Shown in pieces: positions 12,449-26,400 of a DNA stretch of 64,000 bases. How positions within the stretch are numbered: the first letter of the stretch is position 1; every line of letters begins with the position of its first letter. The notes under the pieces were generated by a model. The model saw nothing but the letters and a program-made list of their open reading frames with translations. It made no database searches and had not been told where the DNA came from. Made by a program: the position numbers and the translations under genes. Source of the DNA: Monodelphis domestica (taxonomy: Eukaryota); assembly GCF_027887165.1 (NCBI RefSeq), contig NC_077230.1, forward strand, positions 289,078,949 to 289,142,948, read 5' to 3'.

Positions 12449-13438
12449 AGAATATTAGAATAGGGAAGAATATTACCTTCCCCAATTTCACCAATTAGGA
12501 ATTGGGCCCATAAAGGTTAAAAGACTTATCTGTGCTCACATTCAGTTAGTTTCAGAGATTTGATTTGAAACTAGGGTTTCATCCTTATCAAAGTTTCTTC
12601 CATTTTGCAAGCTCTTGGATGAGTCTAAGTATCTAAGAAAATACAAAGTTGTGTGTACACATACAGTAAAAGTCTATTCAGATTGGATATTTAAAACGGT
12701 TCAGAAGTGTTAGGCTGAATCACTTTGTACTGTCTTTGAAAAAAACTGAGTGTTAAAAAGAGTGATGTTCAGCTTTTAAAAGTATAAACTAATTTCAATC
12801 ATGCTCATCCACAAAGCTTTATTTAAGTGCTTAGGGAATCTTTTTTTTTTTTTTGTAGTCATATATAAAGGTCTAAATCAAGAGCTTTACAGTACAGATG
12901 TACAATTATACCAGAGCTTTTGTTTTGCAGGTGTATTCAATATCATGCTGAGCACATGTGGCAGCCCAGAAGAAACATTTTAGTTCTACTTAGAGCAGTT
13001 TAGGCTTATTTTTGTTTAGTTTTTCAACATGATAATTTTCATATACTGTCTTTTGTTGGATTGTTAGAAATTCTTTTTAAAATTATTAAAGAATATGCTA
13101 AATAAATGTTTGTTTGGATTCTTTGTTTTCCTGGTTTATTTTACTATCAGTTTTTATTTCAATATGATATGAAATATATTATGTTGGAAGAACTTCTGGT
13201 GGTATGGTATGATAGGCTCTTAACTATGTAAATGAATTTAATAGTAACTCAGGTTTCAGGAACTTTCTGAAACAATTTTAATTAGGTTAGTTAAATCATA
13301 CATAATACGTGTTAGTCAGATGCTAGCCATATGTTGATTAGAAAAATAAAAGTGGAACTTTTTGTTCATGATTTCTTGAATCAGTCAAAACATGCAGCTA
13401 AGTGGGTTAACTATTGAGATAACTTAAGATATTCATAT

Positions 13439-14200
13439 TGTAAAGATAATTTTAGGGTTGTGACTTAAAATCTAAATTAATTGGTCACTAGGGGAAAATC
13501 CTAATAAAATACCACATCAGCCTGGAAATTTATGGTAATTTTAATTAATATAGAGGGAAGGATTTTAAGGAGAAAGAGGGAAGAGGGTATAGGATTTTTC
13601 CTGGCACAGGCCAGGTGGAGTTCAAGATCTCCGCCACTAAGTCTCTGAAGAAAATTAGAGGCTTCTAAGAGGATAAAGTTGGAAAGTGAAGGAGGAAAAC
13701 TCAGCAAGAAAACTCACCACCAAACTGGACAATAGCTGTAGCCACACCAAGATGCCGAAAGGCCCAGCACACTGCCACCAGCAAACTCTCCACCACCAAA
13801 GGCACCAGAGAGAGGAAGTGACGCGAAATATATAGACCTTTTACTCTTGTGTCCCCTCCTCTAAATTTTCAAGTCTACCAATCACATCAGATGCTTTTCT
13901 CCAGGACTGCCCATTCTTTAGTTCTCATCTTCCTCGATTAGATTGTCTTCTTTTGAGTTACTTAATACTTCTTTGTTAAGTTCACCTTTTGTTAATTACT
14001 TAACCTTTTTGTGAGATTAATTTACCTTTTATAGGTACATAACAACTTTTGGTAGTAAGATCTAAAAATAATTGTAGCTTAAAGTTCTAGCTTCACTATA
14101 AAGTAAGAGCTAAGTACCTTCATTGATCAATCAGGAGATTACAATTTTATCTTCACCATAAAGTAAGATTTAAGCAGAGTGGAGTAATTTAAAGTTCACA
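13439..14200 (-). mobile_element. Solo LTR-like element of about 760 bp (TG...CA termini). It is a near-copy (about 85% identity) of 58941-59706 in inverted orientation.
   Basis: Direct comparison of the reverse complement of 58941-59706 with 13439-14200 shows blocks such as ggcacaggccaggtggagttcaagatctccgccactaagtctctgaagaaaattagaggcttctaagaggataaagttggaaag matching ggcacaggtcaggcaggagaatcc.../ctctgaagaagattagaggcttctaagtggataaagttggaaaag. It starts with TGTGAAC and ends with ...TCTTTACA. Confidence 0.6.
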
Positions 14201-14203
14201 ATA

Positions 14204-14407
14204 GGGGGCAGCTGGGTAGCTCAGTGGATTGAGAGCCAGGCCTAGAGATGGGAGGTCCTAGGTTCAAATCTGGCCTCAGACACTTCCAGCTGTGTGACCC
14301 TGGGCAAGTCACTTGACCCCCCATTGCCTAGCCCATACCACTCTTCTGCCTTGGAGCCAATACACAGTATTGACTCCAAGATGGAAGGTAAGGGTTTAAA
14401 AAAAAAA
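14204..14407 (+). mobile_element. Marsupial CORE-SINE (MAR1/SINE1-like), full length, inserted directly next to the LTR copy.
   Basis: GGGGGCAGCTGGGTAGCTCAGTGGATTGAGAGCCAGGCCTAGAGATGGGAGGTCCTAGGTTCAAATCTGGCCTCAGACACTTCCAGCTGTGTGACCCTGGGCAAGTCACTTGACC... with an A-tail at 14395-14407. Confidence 0.9.
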
Positions 14408-14944
14408 GTTCACAATATAGTGGATAAATGATGTTATGAGAAATTCATTAACTCCTGAGTCAAAATATTTTATTTTAGGATTGTGCTCTCTCCTGTGATC
14501 TATTTTGAACTGAAATCTACCCCATTGGTCCTGCCCCATCCCTGCCAACCAACCATCAGTCTCACCCTTAAAAAACTTTTCAGACTTTTTTATCTTAATC
14601 TTACTAATGGCATGGTGTGTGGATCCCTTCACCAAAATATTGTCCTCTGGAAATATAGGTTATAAATAAAATAAAGAACAAAATCCTGGAATACTCTATT
14701 AGAGCCAGGTTCCTCCAACAGAGTTGCTTTGAACCCCAGGAGTCTCAGTGCTCTTGGAAATAAGTGAAGGACACTGGAGTAGGTATATGAGAACAAAGAT
14801 GAAAATCAAGGAACTTCTGTTCTACTGGAGGGTACAACATGTAAAAAGGCATGTAAACATAAGAAGAGAGTACTAGTAAGATCAAATTGTAGAATTTCCA
14901 TTTAGGACAAAAAAAGTCAATTAAATTTTATCTGGTTTAATTTT

Positions 14945-17830
14945 CTTTTTTTTAATTATTTTTAAAAATATTTTTCCATGTTTACATGATTCATTTTATT
15001 TCCCTCTCCATCTCAAAGCTGAAAAGCAATTCCACTGGGTTACACAAATATTATCACTTATACTTATTTTCATATTATTCATCTCTACAGTAGAGCAATA
15101 TTTTAAAACCAAAACTCCAAATCATATACCCATATAAACAAGTGATGTTGTATATTTTTCTTTTGCGCTTCTACTCCCACAGTTCATTTTCTCGATGTGG
15201 ATAGCATTCTTTCTCTTAAGTCCCTCTGAATTGTCCTGGATACATTGCATTGTTACTAGTAGAGAAGTCCATTACAGTGGATCATTTCACAGTGTTTCAC
15301 TTTCTGTGTTAAAATGTTCTCTTGGTTCTGCTCATTTCACTGTCAGTTCATATAGAAATCCTCCAGATCATCATTCCTCACAGCACAATAGTATCCCATC
15401 ACCATTACATACTACAATTTGTTCAGCCATTCCCCAATCAAAGGACAACCCCTCATTTTCCAATTTTTTGCCACTACAAAGTGTGGCTATGAATACTTTT
15501 GTTCAGCCCTTTTTTATTTCCTTAGGATACAAACTCAGTAGTGGTATTGCTGGATCAAAGGGCAGGCATTCTTTTAAATTCCTTTGCGCATAGTTCCAAA
15601 TTGCCTTCCAGAATGACTGGATCAATTCACTACTCCACCAGCAACGTACTGGTGTCTCAATTTTGCCACATCCCTTCCAACATTTATTATTATTCTTTCC
15701 TGTCATGTTGGCTAATCTGCTAGGTGTGAGGTGGTACCTCAGGGTTGTTTTGATTTCCATTTCTCTATTCAGAAGGAATTTTCTCATGTAATTATTGATA
15801 GTTTTGATTTGTCTGAAAACTGTCTATTCATGTCACTTGACCATTTGCCAATTGGGGAATGGCTTGATTTCTTGTACATTTGACTTAGTTCCTTATAATT
15901 TTAAGAAATTAGACCTTTGTCAGAGATTTTTGTTATAAAAAAATTTTCCCCCCAGTTCCTTCTAATTTTGGTTGCATTGGTTTTGTTTGGACAAAACCTT
16001 TTTAATAGAATCAAAATTATTCGTTTTACATTTTATAATGTTCTCTAGCTCTTGCTTGGTCTTAAATTCCTTCTTTTCCCATAGATCTGACAGGTATACT
16101 ATTCTATGTTCATCCATTTCCCTCTATTTACCCATTTTGAATTTATCTTGGTATATAGGGTATGAGACATTGATCTAAACCTAATTTTCCCCATATTGTT
16201 TTCTAATTTTCCCAGCAGTTTCTGTCAAAGAGTGAGTTCTTGTCCCTAAAGTTGGGGTCTTTGGATTTATTTGAACACTAGCTTGCTGAGGTTACTTACC
16301 CCAGTCTATTCCATCAATCCTCCCTTGTCTCTTAGCTAGTACCATATTGTTTTGATGACCACTGCTTTATAGTACAATTTAAGATCTGGTACTGCTAGTC
16401 CCCCATCCTTCCCTTTTTTTTTTTCATTTTTTCCCTTGACATTTTTTTTTAACCCTTACCTTCCATCTTGGAATCAATACTGTGTATTGGTTCCAAGGCA
16501 GAAGAGTGGTAAAGGCTGGGCAATAGGGGTTAAGTGATTTACCCAGGGTCACACAGCTGGGAAGTGTCTTGAGGCCAAATTTGAACCCAGGACCTCCAAT
16601 CTCTAGATCTGGCTCTCAATCCACTGAGCTACCCAGCTGCCTCCCTCCCTTGATATTCTTGACCAACAATGAACTTTGTAAATACCTGGGTTTATCTTGG
16701 AAAATAGATTCCCAAATATATTGTCTAGATTGATTTCAAATGGAGTTTCTCTTTCTAACTCTTGCTGCAGAGTTTTGTTGGAAATATATGGGTTTGTTTT
16801 ATATCCTGCAATTTTGCTAAAGTTATTGATTTCCACTAGCTTTTTAGTTGATTTTCTAGGGTTCTTTAGGTATACCATCATATCGTCTGCAAAAAGTTTA
16901 GTTTCCTCATTGCCAACTTTGATACCTTCAATTTCTTTTCTCTAATTGCTACTGATAGTGTTTCTAGAACAATATTAAATAGTAGTGGTGATAATGGGCA
17001 TCCTTGTTTGACTCCTGATCTTATTGGGAAGGCTTCTAACTTATCACCATTGCAGCTGAAACTTGCTAATGATTTTAAATAAATACTGCTTATTATTTTG
17101 AGGAAAGGCCCTTTTATAGGAATAAACACTTTTTAGTGTTTTCAATAGGAATGGGTGGTGTATTTTGTCAGAGGCCTTTTCTGTATCTATTGAGATAATC
17201 ATGTGATTTCTGTTAGTTTGTTGTTGATATGGTCAATGATGCAGATGGTTTTCCTAATATTAAACCATCCTTGCAGTCCTGGTATAAATCCCACCTGGTC
17301 ATAGTGAATAATCCTTATGATGACTTGCTATAGTCTCTTTAGTAGTATTTTATCCAAGATTTTTGCATCTATGTAATTTAAGGAGATTGATTGGTCTATA
17401 ATTTTCTTTCTATGTTTTTGGTCTACCTGGCTTGGGAATTAGTACCATATTTGTATCAAAAAAATTTTTGGTAAGACTTCTTTGCTTATTTTGTCAAATA
17501 GTTTGGGATTAGTTGTTATTTAAATATTTGACAGAATTCATTTGTGAATCCATCTGGCCCTGGGGATTTTTTCTTAGGGAATTCCATGTTAACTTGTTCA
17601 ATTTCTTTTTCTGATATGTCTATTTCCTCTTTTGTTAACCTAGGGAATTTATATTTTTGTAAATATTCATCCATTTCACTGGATTGCCATACTTAGTCAT
17701 ATAATTGGACAAAATAGCTCTTAATAATTGCCTTAATTTCCTCTTCATTAGAGATGAGATTCCTCTTTTCAATTATAATACTATTCATTTGATTCTTTTT
17801 TTTTAATGATTAACCAATACTTTTATTTGT
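14945..17830 (-). mobile_element. L1 (LINE-1) element, 5'-truncated. Its 3' end (a poly-T on the + strand) is at about 14945. It is interrupted by a nested SINE at 16442-16644.
   Basis: Minus ORFs give the L1 ORF2 C-terminus at 15503-15787 (LRYHLTPSRLANMTGKNNNKCWKGCGK...PFDPAIPLLSLYPKEI) and the ORF2 RT at 16878-17129 ([28 protein letters not shown]). A T-rich tail lies at 14941-14985. Confidence 0.8.
16442..16644 (-). mobile_element. Marsupial CORE-SINE nested inside the L1.
   Basis: ttttttttt-aacccttaccttccatcttggaatcaatactgtgtattggttccaaggcagaagagtggtaaaggctgggcaataggggttaagtgatttacccagggtcacacagctgggaagtgtcttgaggccaaatttgaacccaggacctcc...ccactgagctacccagctgcctcc. Confidence 0.85.
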
Positions 17831-17943
17831 TTTTTCAAAATATAGGTGGTTTAATTTTCATGGTGGCATAGTCATTCTGCACAATCCTAAGGATATTGCA
17901 AAAATATCAGAGGACAGATAGGACAAACTATAAAACTTGAAAC

Positions 17944-17949
17944 TTTATT
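17944..17949 (-). promoter_or_regulatory. CENPJ: Candidate CENPJ polyadenylation signal (AATAAA on the minus strand), which would give a 3' UTR of roughly 160-180 nt.
   Basis: The + strand reads TTTATT at 17944-17949, about 160 nt downstream of the stop codon in the minus direction. It is the nearest hexamer to the stop. Confidence 0.35.
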
Positions 17950-18107
17950 TTAAATACCTGAAAACATCAAAACTTTTCATTTTTATACACTATTTACAAA
18001 TTAACAGACTGCTATAGAATTTACATCAATATACATAAATAAAAAAGAAAAGTTGGAAATTAGTTGCCAAAGCACCACATATCACTTCATGATTAAGAAA
18101 CAGTTTG

Positions 18108-18300
18108 CTACAACTTGGTGTCCATCAAAACATTACCATCCTTATCTTTAATTCTTACTCGACCAGATATATACTTTGTTTCTTGGTGGCCATTCGAATA
18201 TACAGTCTTAATGGTGCCATCTGGATATTCCCGTCTTTTGAACTGGGGAGTATGAAGTTCTCTTTGGCCATTGTTAAATTCTATTATTTTGTTGCCATCT
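18108..18300 (-). CDS. CENPJ: CENPJ exon 17, the terminal G-box/TCP exon. It encodes (Q)[64 protein letters not shown], with the stop at 18108-18110.
   Basis: The minus-strand acceptor ttttttaaaacAG is at + 18301-18302. The length of 193 nt equals 1 + 63 codons + stop. The match to the CPAP C-terminus (…[17 protein letters not shown]…DTEL*) is clear. Confidence 0.9.
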
Positions 18301-19194
18301 CTGTTTTAAAAAAATTATGAATTTAGTAATATTTTTCCCATTACATAAAACAACCTCAAACCAATAACAATATTACCTCCCGATTTTTTTTCTCCATCTG
18401 ATTTCTCTTAGTCTCACTGCCACATATGACCAATCAAAATTCAGTCCTCATTTCCCTCTACAATTCTTGCATACATCTATTTTTCACTGTTATGTCCTGT
18501 AGGTACTTAATAAATTCTATTATTTTAAAAACTGTAGAAAGAATTATGACCTTTTCCATTTTGATCATCTTTGTCCAGACCTTTCTTCTGATCTCACAAT
18601 TTTGATTACTACATGTACCTGTTGGTGTCTTCATGACATTTCTGTATCTAACCTATACCTTACTAGACCAAGATTTTACAATAGTCCCTATTATTTATCA
18701 CATCAAACTCTAATCATGCCTGACTGGCATAATTAGACAGGCTATCCTATTACTATACACCCAAAACTCTTTTCTAGACTGACTTGCCAGTACGATCCCT
18801 GCTAATCCATGTTCACTCCCATTTAATATCCAACTAAAATAACAATACTGTCAAGAAACATTCACTGATGAGGGTTTATCATTACTTTCTACAGACCCTA
18901 TAAACAATATAATGTTCATGCATTGTTTATATACAATATTTATTTGAATACTTGAGTATGATATATATGCAATTTTTCAATTAAATTATCAGCTAGCTCT
19001 AAATTCTGTTAGGGTAAAGGTGTGTTGTTTGTAATTTAGCTAACAAGTGTATTAATACCTAATGATCCAATAAACATCTTTGACACTCAGGATACAGATG
19101 TACAAACTTGTCTTAATAGGATAGGAGGGAAATGGAGTCATATGAAAAGCAAAAGTATTTTTTTAAACTACTACTGAATTTAAAAGCAAATCTT

Positions 19195-19392
19195 GGGGCA
19201 GCTGGATGGCTTAGTGGAATAAGAGCTAGGCCTAGAGATGGGAGGTCCTAGGTTCAAATCTGACCTCAGACACTTCCCAGATGTGTGACCCTGGGCAAGT
19301 CACTTGACCCCCATTGCCTAGCCCTTACCACTCTTCTGCCTTGGAACCAATACATAGTATTGATTCTAAGACTAAAAGAGTAAGACTTTTTG
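19195..19392 (+). mobile_element. Marsupial CORE-SINE (MAR1/SINE1-like) about 35 bp from the exon 16 donor.
   Basis: GGGGCAGCTGGATGGCTTAGTGGAATAAGAGCTAGGCCTAGAGATGGGAGGTCCTAGGTTCAAATCTGACCTCAGACACTTCC...GTGTGACCCTGGGCAAGTCACTTGACC. Confidence 0.85.
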
Positions 19393-19425
19393 TTTTTTGG
19401 TGTTTTTTTAAAATGCAATTCTTAC

Positions 19426-19546
19426 TGTTGTACACGAACAATGGTACCATCTGGGAAAATTCTTTCTTCTCTTCCATCTTCAAATAAATTTTTAATGGAC
19501 TGGTCAGGAAATGTAATTTCTTTTCTTCCATCTGGAAAATGCTTTT
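19426..19546 (-). CDS. CENPJ: CENPJ exon 16 (G-box repeats), encoding [40 protein letters not shown].
   Basis: The acceptor AG is at + 19547-19548 and the donor GTAAGA at + 19425-19420. The 121 nt break down as 2 + 39 codons + 2. Confidence 0.9.
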
Positions 19547-19592
19547 CTGGTTTTAAAAGATAAATATAGTATGACATGAACCTGCATTCTCA

Positions 19593-19742
<150 letters not shown>

Positions 19743-19879
19743 CTATAAAGGAGAAAAAACAGCATGTTTGCTCTTAAAGAAGTGTGTGTGTACATATATC
19801 TACATACATACATGTATACAAACACATCTCGGTGTGTATTAAATATAAAGGGGTAGGAAATTCATCTATAAAAACATAC

Positions 19880-20020
19880 CACTCTTTCATCTGGCATGAC
19901 TTTTTTCACATCCCCGTTGAAAAAAGTAATAGTGATAGTTTTTCCATCTGAACTCACTTCTTTCCGAGTTCCATTTGGGAACAAGATAACGTGGCATCCA
20001 CTTTTTAAAACCTTTTCAAC
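19880..20020 (-). CDS. CENPJ: CENPJ exon 14, encoding [47 protein letters not shown].
   Basis: The acceptor ttttaattttAG is at + 20021-20022 and the donor GTATGT at + 19879-19874. The 141 nt make 47 codons. Confidence 0.9.
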
Positions 20021-23000
20021 CTAAAATTAAAAAGATAAAAGGTGAATCTTATTCCATGCAGGAATAATTATGGAAATATGCTAATCTTTGAATTTAAAAT
20101 CAAAATAGCAATTGTTCTCAAATTCTCATCATTCTCTGATTATAAGACCTAGAGCTGAAAAGGGCCTTAGAAATACCATCTAATCTCATTTTACAAAATA
20201 AAAACTGAATGACTTATGAGCACAGACATAGTAAATGGTAATCTGTATATCATATGAATTTAGATCTTCTAATATCAACAGTGTGAGCATTAGATCACAA
20301 TGATTCAGGTTATTTCTTTTTTTCCAGAGCCATTCAAAGGTGTGATGGGTGAACTTAAAAAAAAAAAAGATCATGAGTTAGTTCTCAATCACTAAAGGTT
20401 TTAAGGAATATTGCTAAGAGAATCTGTTCCAAGTACAGGTTGAACCAGATTATTTCTGTGATCCTTTCTAATGCTGAGTATTTTATGATTCACATTTCCC
20501 AACTACTTTTCCTTATTCTCCGTTCTAATCTGTGGTTTCATACCCCTAAATACCAGAGTAGGAATGAACCTAGAATCTATCTTGGGCTGACTTACCCTGG
20601 AAACCCCAGTGTTCCATGTGAGGATGAAGGGCAAAAGGGACTTGATTGGATTCCCTGGCTAAGATACAAAATAAATGGCTGCAATGTTCTTGGAGTCTAT
20701 AGTTTTCTACTTTATATCTAGAACTATATATTTGGGCCATGCCATATTCATTGATTAATACTGTTTGAATAGACTTGCAGAAATAATATGAGAGAACAAA
20801 GTGGTGTTGTCATTTTCCCCTTTCACTTTTTTAATACTACTACTTCATACTTGTGCTTTGTTGACTTTCTTACTCTTTCTAGAAATAATACATTTACATT
20901 AGTCCTTGTGATCAAAGGTTCAACCCACCTGATAGAGGTATAAGGATTTTGCTTTTCATCCTCTCTCTTCTGCCCCCCCCCATTGGAGGGAGAGGCACAG
21001 ATTTTGTACATTATAATTTTCCAGAATAAAAATTGCCTTGGTTATGATTCCTAACTCCATCAAAAATACCTGACCAAGCAGATTTTGCCCACAATTTCCT
21101 AAGCACATCATCTTAATAAGATGTTTAAATAAAAGGAATGTCTTTTATTACTTTTGGAAGTCAATTTTATAATTTTAGTAGGTAAGATTGGAAAAGGGAG
21201 ATGATTACATTGGAGGGTGCATAAGACCAAGAATTACTTTCAAACTGGTAGAGGTAAAATCATTACAGTTGAGGGAACTCGATAACTAATACAAAGTAAA
21301 GTATGCAGAACGAGAGAAACAATTACAAAGTAACTAAAACAATATAAATGAAAATAACAAGTTTTAAAATGAAGGCAATGAAATTATAATCATCCAAATA
21401 ACCAAGATAAGATTTGAAAAGGCAACTCTCCTCATTCTTTATAAATGTAAGGGACTATGATTGTGAAACAATGCATATAACTTAAGATTTCCAAAAGGTT
21501 GGTTAGATTGGAAAAATAGGGTGTGTGTGTGTATTCTTATAAGTAAAAGAGGGCACTCTGGGAGGGTTAGGAAAAGAAATATGTATTGGGAAATGTAGCT
21601 ATGTTAACATGAATTCAAATATTGAAGCCATGATGACTGTATGAGGGCACTGAAAAAACTTGTAAATGTGATCACAAAACCAATTTCTGTAATCAGTGGG
21701 AAAATGGAAAGACTTTGAGAAAACTGGAGATGAACAAAAATGTTCCCATTTTCAAAAAAGGAAAAGCAGATTCCATTACAGATAAGTAAGCTTGCTGTCA
21801 ATTCTAATCAAAATTCTAGGTTACTATTCTAGGAGAGATGGCTTGTGAGTATTCCAAAGCAAAGATCACCAAAATTCAGAATAGATTCACTGAGGACAAA
21901 CCATGCCTCAAATATCCCTACATCTTTTATTGATGGATTAAGATTCATTAGCAGGTTAGCTACAGGGTGAATTTCAGGACTGTAGCAATTCTTGAACACT
22001 GCCTACTGTTGTGAGGAGAATTTAATTCGTTTTATTATGTGAAAGTTTCAGCTCAGAAGTAAAGGTATTTGGACTTTGAGACATCTCCTTGTAGTGAGGA
22101 TAAAGAAAATTTGCTAGGGATCTCTTAAGGATTAGGCATAAGAGTGGGAAAGAACTAGGAGCTTCTGAGTATCTGGCAGCCTGTGAGAACAGCTTTGAGC
22201 TCTCTCAAGAAATGACAGTTGATGGCAGTTGAAAACTAAGAAGAAATTTAAGATAATTAAGAAGACTAAAGAATTGTATTTAATAGTGGAATGACTGAAG
22301 TTTTCCTTTTCTCAGCATCCTATGTGAGAGAGGTCCAACTTTTAAGGCCTATTCTCCACAAGACTTTGAGGGCCTGGCTCTTTTCTCCTCAAGAGCAGGG
22401 AGCTGGTGATATTTTTAGACAGAAAAGAAGATTTTACTGTGGTTTCAAATAAATTACTTATTTGATAAATACTAAATACTAAAGATAAGAGTGTTATTGA
22501 AGCTGTTCGCTACAGGAACTCTAGGTGACGCCAGAGAGCAACATCTGTGAAACCTGTCACAGGCAGGGAATTTTGGAGAGGATTTTGGCTTGTGAAGATT
22601 TATATATATTTAAGGATAAAGATTTATAAATTAGAATAAGGTAGATAAAATAGAAGTTAATACTATAGACAGTAAGGGTAGTTTAATTAGGCCTGTTTCA
22701 GGCAAGAAGAAGTCCCATGAGGGACAGTTTGGTTGGGCTCATTATTTAGTAAAATATTAGTGCTAGGGTATTAATAAATGTCCTATTTAGTTTCTATTTA
22801 CTACTTTTACTCTCCCTACTCTAAAAGAAAATAAATAGCGTTGCATTAGTCTGCCTCTAGCAAGTTTCCTCCACCATCTGAATCAGCCTGGTCCCTAAAG
22901 CTTTATCATTTATTATACCAGTTCAAAATAGTAGTTTACTATTAACTATTACATTACTAAATGCAGTCAGATATCAATACAGTTCATCAATATTCATAAT

Positions 23001-23234
23001 AGTTTTCATATTCATTCTTTACTAAGTTATATGGAAATTCTAATATATATCAGAGGATAGTAGATTAGGAGCCACTGTACAAATAGCATATTGATTTCAA
23101 TAAGCCATTTAAAGTTTCTTATCCTTGTGGGAACAAATGGAAAGAGAAAGCAGAGCCAGATAATAGAATGGTTGGGTGAATTCACCAGGGGTTCTTAACC
23201 TCAAGATTGTGAATTTTTTAAAAAAATATTCTTT

Positions 23235-23440
23235 TTTTATAAAATAACCCTTACCTTTTGTCTTGGAATCAATACTGTGTATTGGTTCCAAGACAGAAGA
23301 GTGGTAAGGGCTAGGCAATGGAGGGGTCAAGTGACTTGCCCAGGGTCACACGGCTGGGAAGTGTCTGAGAGCAGATTTGAACCTGGGACCTCCCGTCTCT
23401 AGGCCTAGCTCTCAATCCACTGAGCTACCCAGCTGCCCCT
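23235..23440 (-). mobile_element. Marsupial CORE-SINE.
   Basis: aaataacccttaccttttgtcttggaatcaatactgtgtattggttccaagacagaagagtggtaagggctaggcaatggagg...gggtcacacggctgggaagtgtctgagagcagatttgaacctgggacctcc...ccactgagctacccagctgcccc. Confidence 0.85.
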
Positions 23441-26400
23441 CCACACCTTTTAAATATTCTGATAGCTATTTCAGCACAATTGGTTTCCTTTGTGATCCTC
23501 TATATTTTGTGGATTTTAAAACATTCTGAGAAAAGGCCTAAAAACTTTTATCAGAAAGAAGTCCATGATACAAAGAAGGTTGAAAACTAACTAATGCCAA
23601 AGAATTCCGTTCAGATCACTATTATCAGCAGCGTGACATCAAAAAGGATTCTATAGCAAATCCACATAACAAAATTTAATAAGAAGAAAATATAAAAGTC
23701 CTTTTTAAGTACAAGGTGGAATGGTCTGGGAAAAATCCAGGAGTACTCACTGATTTCAAGCTTACTATGATCCCATTAAGATGATGTGCCTATCATGAAA
23801 ACTAATGAAATCATTTAGTGCATTAACAGAAGTATACTCCCAAGATAACTAGAACTTCCATTCATTGCTCCTAGTTTTGCTCTCTGGGACCATGCACAAA
23901 TACTTGAAAACAGCTACACTGTCTCTTTTAGGTCTTAACTTTTCCAGGAGAAATAAAATTCCCAGTTCTTGAGATGACAACTCAAGGAAAACTAACATAC
24001 TAGTTATCTTCCTCTGAACACTAGTTTATTGATGAATGACCTCGTCATTAAATTACTGCCCACTACTAGTCAGACACATTTGGAAAAATATGTCTAATCC
24101 CAAACACATTTTAAATTAAGTACTTAATAAACTAGAGTAGGGGTTCTTAATGTTTTTTGTGTAATGGGCCCTTTCTCAGAAGAATATTTTTAAATGCATA
24201 AAACACGTTATATGGGGAACCTACTGTAATGAAATATAGTTATAAAAGTATCTCTAAAATAAAGTATTGGACCTCAGATTAAAGACTCCTGAACTAGAAG
24301 GCCGTCTATAAGCCATTGTAAAATGAGATAAATTTGGGATGTTTATAAGGAAGAGAAGAATTAAATACTTAACAGACCTGTTATCTGGTAGATTTGTATG
24401 TTCCATTCAGCACTGTAGATTGTAAATCATCTATGCCTGCCCATCCTATGCAGCTCTTGTTTTTATCCTTCCCTATCCTTGCTTAGTCTACCTAATGTTC
24501 TGAGATCCTCTTTAGTTCATTTTTCCTGATATCAGAGGGATATCAATGGAGCAATCCAGTTGCCCACCTAGCCTTTGCTTATGTGGACAACCATTTAGTT
24601 ACTTTTCATTTGAAGACTTTATTTTAACATGCTCACATCCACATTGATCTCTGTGTGATACTTCATTTTTTTGTCTCGAGACTTCAATGTTCTGTCTTAA
24701 AACATGGATAGCATATTTGTATTACAAAGAATGCTCATTAGAAAGGCTATGTAATTTTCCCCATTTTTGCTTTCTTCCTCTAATTCTGGGTCTAAACTCA
24801 CTATCCATTTGTTCTCTTTCCCAGGCAGACTAGTAGGACCCAATCCAGTTGTTTTTCTTATCTTTTTTCTCCTCAGTTTCATTTCTACCTCTGTAAGCAC
24901 ATCCATGATTTGATTCTATTGTCAAAATACGATAACTTTGCATTCTTGGTGGGAAAAAAAAGGCTTGTTACAAAAATCTTTACAGCTTTCATCATCTTTT
25001 AATTGCTGTTCTAGTTTCAACCTTTGATGCCATTGAAATGACTTTTCTTGGTGGAGTCTGTTGCCAAACTTCTTTCACTGATTGCTCTGCTTCTTTCTGC
25101 ATTAAGTAGTGAGAATACTCAATCTTCCACCATCCTTCTTAAGACTTTACAAACAAGATAATATCCCTCTCGGTAGGGGAAGTAAGTCCAGTGTTGCTGA
25201 TTAAGACTCATCTAGTATCTTTGTACCTATAGCAGTAAAACATCTGTGTGAAACTATTAGAAACAAGTCATTTCCTGTCTGTTAAAATACAAAAATTTTA
25301 TTTTTTGTGGTATTTGGTGATCAACTGTTCATCAGTTTTTTCAAGGGAAGAACAAGTATTTATGAAATATTAGCATAGGACCTTACTCTATTGTAAGTCT
25401 AACAAAAACACAGAAGTAACAGAAGAGATTTTCTTAGAGTTGTATATCTTTTCTCTATTGAATATTTTCCTATCTACTTCTCATCCTTCTCACCTATTCT
25501 CCACCGTTGTAATGAAGTCACAAATACATTAAATTTGGAGGATCTTTTTTGGCTTTTGTAGAATTTTTCTGCCATTTCATTATCTGCAAGAGACATTGGT
25601 AAATGCACCACTATTTCTTTATGGCAGTCTTTCACCTGATACTAATAATACAAAGATAATCAAATGTTTTAAATGGTATTTCTTGTTTTGCAAGTGTCAA
25701 ATAAAATCAACTGTGCGATCACTTCAAGAAAGATCCGTAAGTCATTCTTCTATTTAGCTGCAACTTCCCTTTTTTCTGTTTTACTGATGACAAGATTGAT
25801 GCAATTCAGTTTCTCCAAGAGTTGTACTCTAAAGAGTACCAACCTCTAAGATAACTGAGGATAGGAACTGTTATATTTTTCTTTGAATTCCCAGGGTCTA
25901 GCACATAGATGCTTAGTAAATGTCTGCTGTTTCACCCTCTCTCCCCTGTTCCCACACCAACAATACAGAGACAGAAAGGGGCTACACATTACTGAAGGCC
26001 ATTTTGTATTTACTTCATGTAGGGCTAGGGCCAGAGAATACACAATTGACCATCCCACTGATTTTGAGCTTCTCTATACTTAGCTAGGTGAGTCTTCAAA
26101 AAAATCAGACTTTCTTGCCAGGACCATACTTTATATGTCATACTATGTATTCAGCTAGCATAGCATGTAAACTCATACTTGGCTAACTCATCTTGGCTTT
26201 ATATGTGTTTTAAAATATCTTCAAATGTTGTCGTATGAAAAGCAAGAGGGGAGCAGACATAAATAATTCCAGTGGACAGAATTAGAACAAATACATGAAA
26301 GTTCACGAAGAAGACCTTTGAAATATAGCTGGGGACCTTATTGAGTGGTAAACTTCTTATCCTGGAGTTAGAGAGAGGATATATGATTATTTGGTAGAGA

